A program made the translations under genes and the position numbers. A DNA stretch of 63,573 nucleotides, counting the filler, from Chiloscyllium plagiosum (Eukaryota): assembly GCF_004010195.1 (NCBI RefSeq). It is 5 parts of one record of this genome, joined end to end, with 100 filler letters (N's around TTAATTAATTAA, not from the genome) between each part and the next. Parts side by side here need not be neighbours in the genome. Positions count along the whole stretch, not along the records: positions 24,502 to 48,437 come from NC_057716.1; positions 48,538 to 61,073 come from NC_057716.1; 3 more parts are not named here. One strand, 5' to 3'. Below the pieces are notes generated by a model. It saw only the letters and a list, made by a program, of their open reading frames with translations, made no database searches and was not told where the DNA came from. Positions within the stretch are counted from its first letter, which is position 1. Every line of letters begins with the position of its first letter. This document shows, in pieces, positions 37,441 to 49,016 of this stretch.

Positions 37441-38270
37441 GCATTGTACAGCAGCTTCAGGCCTGTTTAGTATCACATCCCCACAAGCATCCACTCCCTC
37501 CACCACCGACACTCAGTAGCAGCAGTGTGTACCATCTACAAGATGCACTGCAGAAATTCACCAAAGACCCTCAGACAGCACCTTCCAAACCCACAACCAC
37601 TTCCATTGAGAAGGACAAGGGCAGCAGATACTTGGGAACACCACCCCCTGCAAGTTCCCCTCCAAGCCACTCACCATCCTGACTCGGAAATATGGAATGG
37701 CAGGACATGAGGAAACTCAGAGGAACAAAGGGGTCTTGTGGTGATTGTTTAGGGATCCTTGAGGATGGGACAGGATAAGAAAGTATATGGGATGTTTGCC
37801 TTCTTCAGTGAAGGCATTGATTATAAGAGCAGGGAGGTGATGTTGGAGTATAAAGAGCTTTAGTTAGGTCACAGCTGGAGTACTGTGTGTAGTTCTGGTG
37901 CCCACATTATAGGAAGGATGAGATTGTACTGGAGGGGGTGCAGGGGGAGATTCACCAGATGTTCCCTGAGATGGAGCACTTCAGCGATGGAGAGAGGCTG
38001 GATAAGATCGGAATGTTTTCTTTGGAGCAGAGAAGGTGATGGAGGACATTATAGAGGGTTACTAGATCATGAGGGGAGGGACAGGGGGATAGGAAGCTGT
38101 TTCTCTCTCTCTATTTGAAAAGTCAATAACAAGGGGCACAATTTGAAGATGAAAGGCAGGAGATTTGGCGAGGATTTAAGGGTCTATTTTTTCACCTGGG
38201 GAGGGAATATTTCTGGGATGCACTGTCTGGGAGGGTCGTTGAGGTGGGAAATCTCATAACCTTTAAAAAG

Positions 38271-38503
38271 TACCTGATGAGCACCTGAAATGTTATAATA
38301 TTCAAGGCTATGGGGCTATTGCAGGAAGTGGGACTGGTGTAGATTGGTGGGTGGCACGGTGGCACAGTAGTTAGCACTGCTGCCTCACAGCGCCAGAGAC
38401 CCGGGTTCAATTCCCGCCTCAGGCGACTACCTGATGAGCACCTGAAATGTTATAATATTCAAGGCTATGGGTCTATTGCAGGAAGTGGGACTGGTGTAGA
38501 TTG
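38271..38503 (+). repeat. 76-bp direct duplication flanking an 81-bp SINE tRNA-like head
   Basis: 38271-38346 and 38428-38503 differ at one base; the insert 38347-38427 is the HE1-like head only. Confidence 0.92.
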
Positions 38504-39649
38504 AGAATAGTTTATGTTGGGCTCGATGGGCCGAATGACCTCTTGTATACTTTATGATGTTATGATTCTATGAATATATCACCATTCCTTCACTGTCACT
38601 GGGTCAAAATCCTGGAATTCCCACTGAATGGGCATTCTGTGTTTACACACGACACCTGGACTGCAGTGATTCAAGGAGACAGCTCAGTCCCACCTTCTCA
38701 AGGGGCAACTAGGGACGGGCAATAAATGCTAGCCAGTCAGCAACACGCATGTCCCATGATCAAATTTATAAAAAACTTTGAGAATTCATTTACTAACGCC
38801 ATCCTGACTCTATTAGCAGCTGGTAAGGCCAGGAAAAAGTACTCAAAATCAAATACTGAGTCTGATTCTCTCTCTGGTTCTCTGCATCTGTCTGATAGCT
38901 GCTCTGTTTGTTGAGCTGACTTTGTGATTGTCTGTCTGAATCTCTGTTCGATTGTCCGGCTGTGTTTTGCTCTGTTTAATTATTCCTCTCTCTGTCTGGT
39001 AATCTCACTCTGATAGATTGTAGACTGCTATGGTGTCTGCCTGCCACTTTTCTCATTGGCTAGCTGCCTGATCGTGATTTAGTATCCAGCTTCCTGTGTC
39101 TGTCTCTAGTGGAGTTTGCCTATTTTACTGTCTTCCTGTCCGTAGTCAATTGTCTGACTCTCTTTATGTGTCTGCGTTTGATTTTCTGTCAGTCTCTCTT
39201 TCTGTCTGTGCTACAGTTTGACTTTTCCATGAATTCTCTCATGTGAGTGACCCTTTGCCATGTATACTTGCAGATAGTAGACATAAAATCTCCTCATCTT
39301 GTTGTGTCCCAACACAGACACAGCTTCCTACCTTCCCCCTGTGCTGGGGCAGCGATGTGGGTTTTGCTCAGAGCGACAGTTTTCTGCTCGGCATTCCTAT
39401 CAAGTGTTGCTGACTGCTCTTGTGTGTCTGCAGAACTTGTTACACAGAGACAGGAAGTGTTCCAAGTTAACAGAGCACCGCCCAGAACCTATTAACCCTT
39501 GCCAGCCCACGTCGCCTGTCTGCATGTCAGGCCCCATCAAAAACCACTGAGATGCTCCTTCATGCTCCCACCAATAGGCCAGTGAGAAACCATGGGTATC
39601 AGCGAAATAACGCCTGACCTACTTTCACCCCAGTTTCCCTTCTACAGCA

Positions 39650-41160
39650 GAGAGAAAGTGAGGACTGCAGATGTTGGAGAGTCAGAGTTGAAAAGGGTGG
39701 GTGGTGCTGGAAAAGCACAGCAGGTCATGCAGCATCTGAGGAGCAGGAGAGTCAACATTTCGAGCATAAGCTGTTCATCAAGAATGTGGAGGGGGAAGGA
39801 GGATGAGAGATAAATTGGAGGTGGGGGAGAGGCTGGGGAAGGTAGGTGGGAAGGCGATAGGTGGAGGAGATGATCTGGGGATTGCAGTGGGAGAGAGACT
39901 CTCCGGGATCCTTGTGGATGGAAGAGAACTTCTTCAAGGAGGGCATCCTTGAAAGAGGCTTCGCAGTAAGATTATAGCGATTCTGGGAAAGTGAGGACTG
40001 CAGATGCTGGAGAGTCAGAGACCACTTCAACTCCATCTCCCATTATCTGTGGGCCTCCTCCACCATTAAATCTGGAGGAAGAACATGTCATCTTCCACCT
40101 TGGGACCTTCCAACCACACGGAATCATAATCAACTCCCCTCCCCACCTCATCCCAGATCCAACCCTCCAACTCAGCACCGCCCTCTTGAACTCCCCTATC
40201 TGTCCATCATCCTTCCCACCCATCTGCTCTACCCTCCTCTCTGACCTATTGCCATCACCCTCCCCACCTGCATCTACCTATTGCCTTCCCAGCTACATTC
40301 CCCCCAACCCCACCTCCTATTTATCTCTCATCCCCCTTCCCCTTCCACATTCCTGATGAAGGGCTTGAAGTGGGGCAGGGTGACACTAGACACACGAACA
40401 CACAAGATGGTCACTGAACCATATGTTGGCTACTTGACACACAAGATGGCTGCCGGATCACAATATGGAGACAGACAGCAGAATCTACCTGGGGCCACCA
40501 GAATGCCAGCACAATGCATTTCCAACCTAGTTGATTAGTTTAAGGCGGGTGGGGGAAAGAATAAACATGGGTAGCGTATACTGCCCGCCAAAGTGTCTGT
40601 GTCCAGCCAATACCTTTGATAGAAATGCTAACACTTTGATACAGACTCAATACAGAGTGCTAATAGCCAGGGCTGCAGTAATCGTCCTTCTCAGGGAGAG
40701 CGATTAGCATCCATTACTACAGCAATGGACTTCCACATGGACATCGAAACTGACAATGTCTGCGCTGAAACTGACAACAACCGTGTTGAAATTAACAAAG
40801 GCTCCGCTGGAACTGACAATGACTGCATCAGAACTATCAAGGATTCTGCAAAGTTGACAACAAAGAAACAATGTTACAGAGACAATAACCTCATCACTGT
40901 CCTATTATATCGCAAAATATATAAAAGTATCTTGACATGTGCTTCGGGTGGAGAGAAGAATCGTAGCTGATCACTGTGCTGTTGGGGTCTCTCTCTCCCC
41001 GGAGCTCCGGTATTTCCTTGTACAATAAACTCTGTCATTGAACCCCGACTCTGACTCCGAGGCTGGTGATTTTCCCCACAACAGACTTATACCTGAAACA
41101 TCAACTCTCCTCCTCCTCAGATGCTGCCTGACCTGCTGTGCTTTTCCAGTCCCACACTTA
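39650..41160. mobile_element. Rearranged PLE remnant (inverted pseudo-LTR pieces plus GIY-YIG C-terminus) interrupted by a solo LTR
   Basis: Minus-strand terminal repeat 39650-39870; plus-strand LEEEHVIFHLGTFQPHGI and 3' UTR 40040-40365, resuming at 41084-41160. Confidence 0.75.
40366..41083 (+). mobile_element. Solo LTR (718 bp) of an LTR retrotransposon or endogenous retrovirus
   Basis: TG...CA termini with imperfect inverted ends tgaagtgggg/ccccacaaca, near-TSD ggct/gact, TATA-like atataaaa at about 40920, AATAAA at 41024, internal short tandem repeats; splits a PLE terminal repeat cleanly. Confidence 0.8.
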
Positions 41161-41314
41161 TAAACTTCCTTCAACAACAGGTTCTTCAACCAATGGTTAT
41201 AGGGTCTTGTGGCTGCAGGAGTATATGCTCCAACAGCACATTCTTTATCTGTGAAAGCATCAGAGCACAGACCAAATAATCGCTTCAAACAATGGGACCA
41301 GACACTGGTTGAAA

Positions 41315-42118
41315 CTTTATTGCTGGAACAGCACAGCAGGTCAGGCAGCATCCAGGGAACAGGAGATTCGACGTTTCGGGCACAGGCCCTTCTTCAGGAA
41401 TGAGCAGAGAGTGTTCAGCAGGAGAAGATAAAAGGTAGGGAGGAGGGACTTGGAGGAGGGGCGTTGGAAATGTGATAGGTGGAAAGAGGTCAAGGTGAGG
41501 GTGATAGGTCGGAGTAGGGTGGAGGCGGAGAGGTCAAGTAGAAGACTGCAGGTCAGGAAGGCGGTGCCGGGCTGGAGGGATTCGGCTGAGACAAGGTGGG
41601 GGGAGGGGGGATGAAGAAACTGGTGAAGTCCAAGTTCATCCCCTGTGGTTGGAGTGTTCCCAGTCGGAAGATAAGACGCTCCTCCTCCGACCGTCGGGTT
41701 GTTGTGGTTTGGCGGTGGATGAGTCCAATGACCTGCATATCCTCGGTGGAGTGGGAGGGGGAGTTGAAATGCTGTGCCACAGGTTGGTTGGGTTGGTTCG
41801 TCCGGGTGGCCCAGAGGTGCTCTCTGAATCGCTCCGCAAGTAGGCGGCCTGTCTCCCCAATATAGAGGAGGCCACACCGGCTGCAGTAGATAATGTGGGT
41901 GGAGGTGCAGGTGAATTTGTGGCGGATATGGAAGTTTCCTTTGGGGCCTTGGAGAGAAGTGAGGGGGGAGGTGTGGGCGCAGGTGTTGCACCTCCTGCGG
42001 TTGCAAGGGAAGGTGCCGGGAGTGGAGGTTGGGTCGGTGGGGGGTGTGGATCTGACAAGGGAGTCGCGGAGGGAGTGGTCTCTACGGAAAGCTGATAGGG
42101 GAGGGGAGGGAAATAGTC
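41315..42118 (-). mobile_element. PLE 3' fragment: GIY-YIG endonuclease, 3' UTR and pseudo-LTR
   Basis: ORF 41553-42158: PCNRRRCNTC ... IIYCSRCGLLYIGETGRLLAERFREH ... VAQHFN ... EERLIFRLGTLQPQGMN; followed by the shared terminal repeat. Confidence 0.92.
41366..41401 (-). ncRNA. Minimal type I hammerhead ribozyme motif in PLE pseudo-LTR
   Basis: Minus strand reads AUUC-CUGAAGA-A-GGGC-CUGU-GCCC-GAAA-CGUC-GAAU: catalytic core, stem II, palindromic ACGU in place of stem III, and 4-bp stem I (AUUC/GAAU). Confidence 0.7.
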
Positions 42119-42149
42119 GGTGGGGGGTGTGGGACCAGACACTGGACCA

Positions 42150-42300
42150 AGAAATCAATGGTCAGGAGCAGGAACCCTGGCTGATTTCCCCTCTCACTCA
42201 CTCTAACCCAGGGATCACTGGACAATGATCAGGAGTAGGAATCCAGGCTGATTGGCTCTATTGCTCTGTCACTCTCTCTCTAATGCAGGGATCACTCCAT
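42150..42300. repeat. Degenerate tandem repeat (about 65-70 bp x 2+)
   Basis: caatg(g/a)tcaggag(c/t)aggaa...ggctgatt ... ctctaa...cagggatcact occurs twice. Confidence 0.6.
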
Positions 42301-42884
42301 GTGTAGGAATGATACTGGGATAAGGGAGTCCTGACTGGCATTTATTGGATCCTATGCAACACATTATGGTCATGAAATGGGTAATTTCTCCCATCAATTA
42401 AACTCCAATCACAAATTTCTACCCCAGCAGTTAACTGTTGGCAGTGTTACATGGGTTACTGGGTGCTGTTTATCCTGCCAAGGGCTATATTGCGTTATTG
42501 AGGGTGGGTGGGGTGGAAGATCAGGAAGCAATACCACATGATAAGGGGTTTGGTGCACAAAGCTGCTTTAACAAGGAGAATCTGAATCCCTGATGTTTGT
42601 GATATTAACATTGAAAGGTAGCCTCTGTAGAATTACTCTCTTTGACTTTTATTTGAGAGTTTGATCAGTCTGGGCAAGCAGGAGTTTGTCTGAACACAGA
42701 CACTCGCAAAAAGCAGGTTTGGCAACAGTGCAGAGACAGTGGGTGTGGCACAGTCTTCCAGACTCTTCTATCAGGTTTTGAAATGCTGCAGAAACGATTC
42801 AGAATGTTTTAAGAAATGGAAAAGACTTGACACCACAGTGTACCAGAGTCCTTGTGGTAAACCAAGCACCAACTATCACTCCAA

Positions 42885-43022
42885 GGAAGGGACAGCATGA
42901 TGTTAGATACAGAGTAAAGCTCTCTCTACACTGTCCCCATCCAACACTCCCAGGACAAGGGTGGCATGGGGGTAGATACAGAGTAAAACTCCCTCTACAC
43001 TGTCCCCATCAAACACTCCCAG
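42885..43022. repeat. Two units of an approximately 72-bp satellite
   Basis: tagatacagagtaaa(g/a)ctc(t/c)ctctacactgtccccatc(c/a)aacactcccag repeated. Confidence 0.85.
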
Positions 43023-43049
43023 AAGAATGCAACAGAGTTAGACACAACT

Positions 43050-44700
43050 TTGATATACAGAGGGATTTTTGGGTACAAGTCCAGCGTTCCCTAAAAGTGG
43101 CAACACAAGTGAATAAGGAGGTAAAGAAGGCTTATAACATGTTTACCTACATCTGTCAGTGCTGGAGATAGTGATGACTGCAGATGCTGTAGAGTCGGAG
43201 TGGATAAAGAGTGGAGCTGGAAAAGCACAGCAGGTCAAGCAGCGTCAGAGGATCTATGAGGGAAGACTAGTGGATGTGATCTGTATGGACTTCACTAAGG
43301 CAGTTTTTAAAATTAATTTGTTGGACTTGGGCATCGCTGGCTGGCCAGCATTGATATTCCATGCCTTGTCAAACTTTCGACAAGGTTCCCCATGGGAGAC
43401 TGGTTTGCAAGGTTAGATCACAAGGAATACAGGGAGAACTAGCCATTTGGATACAGAACTGGCTTGAAAGTAGAAGACAGGGGATGGTGGTAGAGTGTGC
43501 TTTTCAGACTGGAGACCTGTGACCATTGTGTGGCACAGGGATCGGTGCTGGGTCCACTGCTTTTTGTCATTTATATAAATGATTTGGATGTGAGCATAAG
43601 AGGTATAGTTCGTAAGTTTGCAGATGACACTAAAATTGGAGGTGTAGTGGACAGCGAAGAGGGTTATCTCAGCTTACAACAGGATCTTGATCAGATGAGT
43701 CACTGCGCTGAGGAGTGGCAGATGGAGTTTAATTTAGATAAATGCAAGGGGCTGCATTTTGGGAAAGCAAATCTTAGCAAGACTGGAGTGCAGGTTCATA
43801 GTTCCTTGTGAGTGGAATCGCAGGTAGATAGGATAGTGAAGAAGGTGTTTGGTATGCTTTCCTTTATTGGTCAGAGTATTGAGTATAGGAGTTAGGAGGT
43901 CATGTTGCAGCTGTACAGGACATTGGTTAGGCCAGTTTTGGAATATTGGGTCCAATTCTGGTCTTCCTATAGGAAGGATGTTGTGAAACTTGAAAGGGTT
44001 GAGAAAAGATTTACAAGGATGTTGCCAGAGTTGGAGGGTTTGAGCTACAGGGAGAGGCTGAACATGCTGGGGCTGTTTTCCCTGGAGCGTCGGAGGCTGA
44101 GGGGTGACCTTACAGAAGTTTACAGAAGGCATGGATAGGGTAAATAGACAGGGTCTTTTCCCCGGGGTGGGGTAGTGCAGAACTAGAAGGCATTGGCTTA
44201 GGGTGAGAGGGGAAAAATTTAAAAAGGACCTAAGGGGCAACGTTTTCACACAGAGGCTGGTAGGTGTATGGACGATCCACCCTCTGTGTGAAAACGTTGC
44301 TTCTCAGGTCCCTTTTAAATCTTTCTCCTCTCAACTTAAAATTATGCCGTCTTGTTTTGAATTCACCCACCCTAGGGAAAAGACCATTGCTTATCCAAGC
44401 CCCTCATGGTTTTATAAACCTCCATAAGGTCACCCCTCAACATCATAGGTCCCAGTGACAATAGTCCCAGCCTATCCAGCTTCTCCTTATAAGTCAAACT
44501 TTCCAGTCCCAGTAACATCCTGGTAAATCTTTTTGGAATCTTCTCCAAATTAATAATATCCTTCCTGTAGCAAGGTAGCCAGAACTGTACCCAGTGCTCC
44601 AGAAGAGGCCTCACCAATGTCCTGTACAACTGCAACACAATGTCCCAACTCCTGTAAACAATGATTTGAGCAGTGAAAGCAAGTATGCCAAATGCTTCAG
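43050..44700. mobile_element. CR1 RT and 3' region (+, 43245-44270) joined to inverted CR1 pieces (-, 44275-44700)
   Basis: [20 protein letters not shown] ... KFADDTKIGG; LYRTLVRPVLEYWVQFWS; RRLRGDL. Confidence 0.9.
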
Positions 44701-44759
44701 ACAGCGATAAAACCAAGAACTTTAATGCCAGTTCCAGCATCTGGGAAATGTTTTCCAAG

Positions 44760-45182
44760 AGTCATAATTGATTGCATAAGATCCCCCTCTAAAACAAAAA
44801 GTGGGAATAATATTTGTTGATCGTAACAGTTGTGTCTGTGAAATTTCTGAAGGCCATTCAAATACACAATATCAAAGGATCATAGTAGAGTTACTCAATT
44901 CGTACTGAGCTACAACCAGGTCAATCATCAAATTTTACATCAAAATTATTCAAGGAAGCTATGGATAGCTTGGCAATAAAACAATTTAAATTAACTGTAT
45001 ACCATCCAGAATCAAAAGGAGCATTAAAACACTGGCATTAAACTTTAAAAACCATGTTGAGGGCTTATAGTCAAGACTATCCAGTGCACTGGGACAAAAG
45101 AATTCCATGTGTACATCTTGCAATTAAGGATGCACTTAATGAATCAACTAAATTCAGTCCATTTGAATTTATTTTCAGACAT
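44760..45182 (+). mobile_element. Second, older gypsy/Gmr1-like integrase fragment, cut by the LTR at 45183
   Basis: MLRAYSQDYPVHWDKRIPCVHLAIKDALNESTKFSPFEFIFRH is paralogous to the translation of 48065-47940, but on the opposite strand. Confidence 0.8.
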
Positions 45183-48100
45183 TGTTATGGACTAAGCCAG
45201 ACCACTCAAAACATTCTTAATCAGGCAGCCCAGACATAACTTTGCAATTTGTTTCAGTAAATGTACAGTGACAATTACCCGGATTAACTTAGCTAGGTTG
45301 ACTACCAAATTTTAAAACAGACAAAAACGTATTCACAAAATTACACAATGAAACACAAAGAACAGAATAAAGAACCCCGACAGAACTCAGTCTGTCCAAA
45401 CTGGACTTAATTATGTTTTTTCTGAACATACACAATAATCCCAATAAGCAAACTCTCTTTAAAACCCAGTATGAATGAAACACTGGCTGAAGTTGAAGAG
45501 CAGAAAGAGAGAGAGTTTCCACACAGCTCCCTGTTGAACTTCCAACCAGTTCAAGACTGAACTAAAACTGCTCAGCTCAGCGAGACAACTGACCACTCCC
45601 TTTTCGTTCTGCAGGTCACTTCTAAAACATGACCCCTTTGGCCTCTAGTCTCATCTGTATAAACCAAAGGCCTCTCAAAATCCTTTCCATCTCTGTACCA
45701 AACCAGGCTGATGGGAGCCTGGCCCGGTTTATTAACCCTCTGAAAAACATCAAGGACAGAGTCTCCTTGAGCCAAGGAACAGCGTTTAGAAAAAAAAGGG
45801 ACTAGCTTTGTGACACCTCCCCCCTTTAAAAAAATGAACCATCAATCCCAAAAGTTGGCTTCATTTTTGACCCTTCAAAAACCCAGTGAGGAGTCTAAGC
45901 ATGCACATACACTATACTAACTATAAACATGCAAATATGTATAACCACATATGAATTCAGGCCGTGGTACTCCCACTACCGAACGCCTCCGTATCTCATT
46001 TGAGTCTCGATAACGGATCAGCAATCACATTTTCGCGACCTGCCACCTGCACAATCGTCAAATGGAACGGCTACAACAACAAGCTCCATCTAAACAGCCT
46101 GGTATTTTTGTCCTTAAATTTCTCCACAAATGTCAATGGGTTGTGATCAGTGTATACAGTTGTCTCAGATGCATTGTGGGAATATAAACACTGAAATGTT
46201 GGAATGCCAACACCAAGCTGAAAGTCTCTTTCTCCACCATTGAATATTTCTGTTGATGAACATTCAACTTTCTGGAAAAATACCTGATGGGTCTTTCTAT
46301 TGCCTCGTCATCCTCCTGCCGGAGCACCGCACAGACACCAACATCACAGGCATTGATAGTCCTCTTGAAAGGCTCCGTGTAATCCTGTGTGGCTAATACT
46401 GGGGCAGTGGTTAACACAGTTTTTAGGCTGTCAAATGCCTTTTGACAGTCTGCTGTCCACTAAAACTTCTTGCCCTTTTTTAACAATTCGGTGAGTGGAG
46501 CAGCCACACTGCTAAAGTTNNNNNNNNNNNNNNNNNNNNNNNNNNNNNNNNNNNNNNNNNNNNNNNNNNNNNNNNNNNNNNNNNNNNNNNNNNNNNNNNN
46601 NNNNNNNNNNNNNNNNNNNNNNNNNNNNNNNNNNNNNNNNNNNNNNNNNNNNNNNNNNNNNNNNNNNNNNNNNNNNNNNNNNNNNNNNNNNNNNNNNNNN
46701 NNNNNNNNNNNNNNNNNNNNNNNNNNNNNNNNNNNNNNNNNNNNNNNNNNNNNNNNNNNNNNNNNNNNNNNNNNNNNNNNNNNNNNNNNNNNNNNNNNNN
46801 NNNNNNNNNNNNNNNNNNNNNNNNNNNNNNNNNNNNNNNNNNNNNNNNNNNNNNNNNNNNNNNNNNNNNNNNNNNNNNNNNNNNNNNNNNNNNNNNNNNN
46901 NNNNNNNNNNNNNNNNNNNNNNNNNNNNNNNNNNNNNNNNNNNNNNNNNNNNNNNNNNNNNNNNNNNNNNNNNNNNNNNNNNNNNNNNNNNNNNNNNNNN
47001 NNNNNNNNNNNNNNNNNNNNNNNNNNNNNNNNNNNNNNNNNNNNNNNNNNNNNNNNNNNNNNNNNNNNNNNNNNNNNNNNNNNNNNNNNNNNNNNNNNNN
47101 NNNNNNNNNNNNNNNNNNNNNNNNNNNNNNNNNNNNNNNNNNNNNNNNNNNNNNNNNNNNNNNNNNNNGCACCATGACTATGGGTGAGCTCCAGTCACTG
47201 TAACTCACTTCGATTATGTCATCTTGGAGCATGCACTCTATCTCCTTCTGAACCTCTGCCAACTTTAGATTGTTATGTCTATAAGGATGTTGCTTAATCG
47301 GAACAGCATCTCCTATTTCTACATATGTACAATTAGGTTAATACTTCCCAATTTATTTCTGCATATCTCCCCATGTGATAGTAATATCTCTTTCAGGTCA
47401 TTTTGATTTTCTTGTGGAAGATAACTCAATAATTTATCCCAATTTTTGACAACTTCCTCATTGTCCAATTTGATTTGAGGAATGTCCAAGTCAGAACCCT
47501 CTGAACGTGGTCCTCCCTTCTGTGCTGTAATCATTAACACCTTCTCCTCTTGCTTTCCTTCCCTATCAAAATACCTTTTGAGTATATTCACATGAGACAC
47601 TCTGTGAGGTTTCTTCCTGTCTGGAGTCCTTATCAAATAGTTCACCTCACTCAATTTCCTCTCTATTTAATAAGGTCCACTGAACCTTGTTTTTAAAGGC
47701 TCACCTGTTACTGGAAGTAACACCGATACCTTATCCCCAATTGTAAAATTGCGAATTTGTAATTTCTTATCTGCTGCCTGTTTCATTGTATGCTGGGATA
47801 CATTTAAATGCTGTCTAACCAACTCTCCAGTTCTATTTAATAATTCTCTAAAATTTGACACATAGTCCAAATGGGTGGTCTCTGGATTCTGACTTATTAA
47901 TTTCTCCTTCATCAATTTTAACAGCCCTCTTACATCACACCCAAAGATTAATTCAAATGGACTGAATTTGGTCAATTCATTTGGTGCATCTCTGATCTCG
48001 AAAAGTACAAACGGGACTCCCTTATCCCAATCATCTGGATAATCCTGACCATAAGCCCTCAACATGGTCTTTAGAGTTTGATGCCATCTCTCTCGCGCTC

Positions 48101-48375
48101 CCTGTGATTCCGGATGTACGCAGTAGAATTGAATTGCTTTATTCCCAAGTTATCCAGAACCTCCTTGAGTAGTTTGGATGTGAAGTGTCATCCTTGATCT
48201 GACTGGATCTCTACTGGCAGCCCGCATCTTGTAAAACAATTTAAGTAATTCTTCTCCAACCCTTTTAGCTGTGATGTTGCATATTAGGGTTGCCTCTGAA
48301 AATCTCGTCGACATGTCCATTATTGTTAATAAATACTTATTCCCACTTTTTGTTTGAGGTAGGGGACCGACACAA
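45183..48375 (-). mobile_element. Degraded Ty3/gypsy LTR retrotransposon with Gmr1-type domain order (IN-RT-RNase H), 3' LTR 45183-45815
   Basis: 5' to 3' on the minus strand: integrase (CVGPLPQTKSGNKYLLTIMD; WDKGVPFVLF.IRDAPNE.TKFSPFELIFG; FSGPY), then RT start (EIECMLQDDIIEVSYSDWSSPIVMV), a gap, then RNase H (TAPVLA..DYTEPF ... PIRYFSRKLN.HQQKYSMVEKE), purine tract aaaggggggagg, and an LTR TGTCAC...ATAACA. Confidence 0.88.
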
Positions 48376-48537
48376 TCAGGATTAGAGTGGTGCTGGAAAA
48401 GCACAGCAGGTCAGGCAGCATCCGAGGAGCAGGAAAANNNNNNNNNNNNNNNNNNNNNNNNNNNNNNNNNNNNNNNNNNNNTTAATTAATTAANNNNNNN
48501 NNNNNNNNNNNNNNNNNNNNNNNNNNNNNNNNNNNNN

Positions 48538-48716
48538 GTGTGTCAATGTATAATTTTGAGGGAGGGTGTAATTCTGAGTGTGTAATTTTGAGTGTGTAAT
48601 TCTGAGTGAGTGTGCAATTCTGAGTGTGTCAGTGTGTAATTCTGAGTGTGTGTGTAATTCCGAGTGTGTCAGTGTGTAATTTTGAGGGAGTGTGTAATTC
48701 TGAGTGTGTGTGTGTG
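48538..48716. repeat. Low-complexity (gtgtaattctgagtgt)-type tandem array upstream of the TNS1-like promoter
   Basis: About nine taatt(c/t)tgag units separated by variable GT runs; abuts a gap. Confidence 0.85.
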
Positions 48717-48719
48717 TAT

Positions 48720-48897
48720 AGTCGCCCCTCCGGCTGTCTCCAGCCCCGGGCTCTCCCAATGCTCTGGGATTTAATTGTATATATATTGCCAGGCGGGAGC
48801 GGGTCCCAACTTCCTGCTTTTCCAGCCTCCGTGTGGGAGTGCGGAGCAGGAAGCTTCACTTTTTACTTTCACAATCCCGCAGAAAGCAGCCCAGAGG

Positions 48898-48930
<33 letters not shown>

Positions 48931-49016
48931 TGTGTGTGTATGCGCGGAGTGCAGCCTCCGAGCCTGGACGGTGTTGATGGAGGGAGCTGGGCTGAGCTGA
49001 GATGAGCTGAGCCTGG
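48720..49016 (+). promoter_or_regulatory. CpG/GC-rich promoter and 5' UTR of the TNS1-like gene
   Basis: Locally high CpG density (cgccc, ccggg, gcgggagcggg, gcgcgg), TATA-like tatatatatt at about 48778, ETS-like cttcctg/caggaag, and a (TG)n(AG)n tract in the putative UTR. Confidence 0.55.

Noticed and set aside
46470..47262. 235-aa and 260-aa ORFs
   Set aside because: They are mostly N-gap; only the flanks are real retrotransposon RT sequence.
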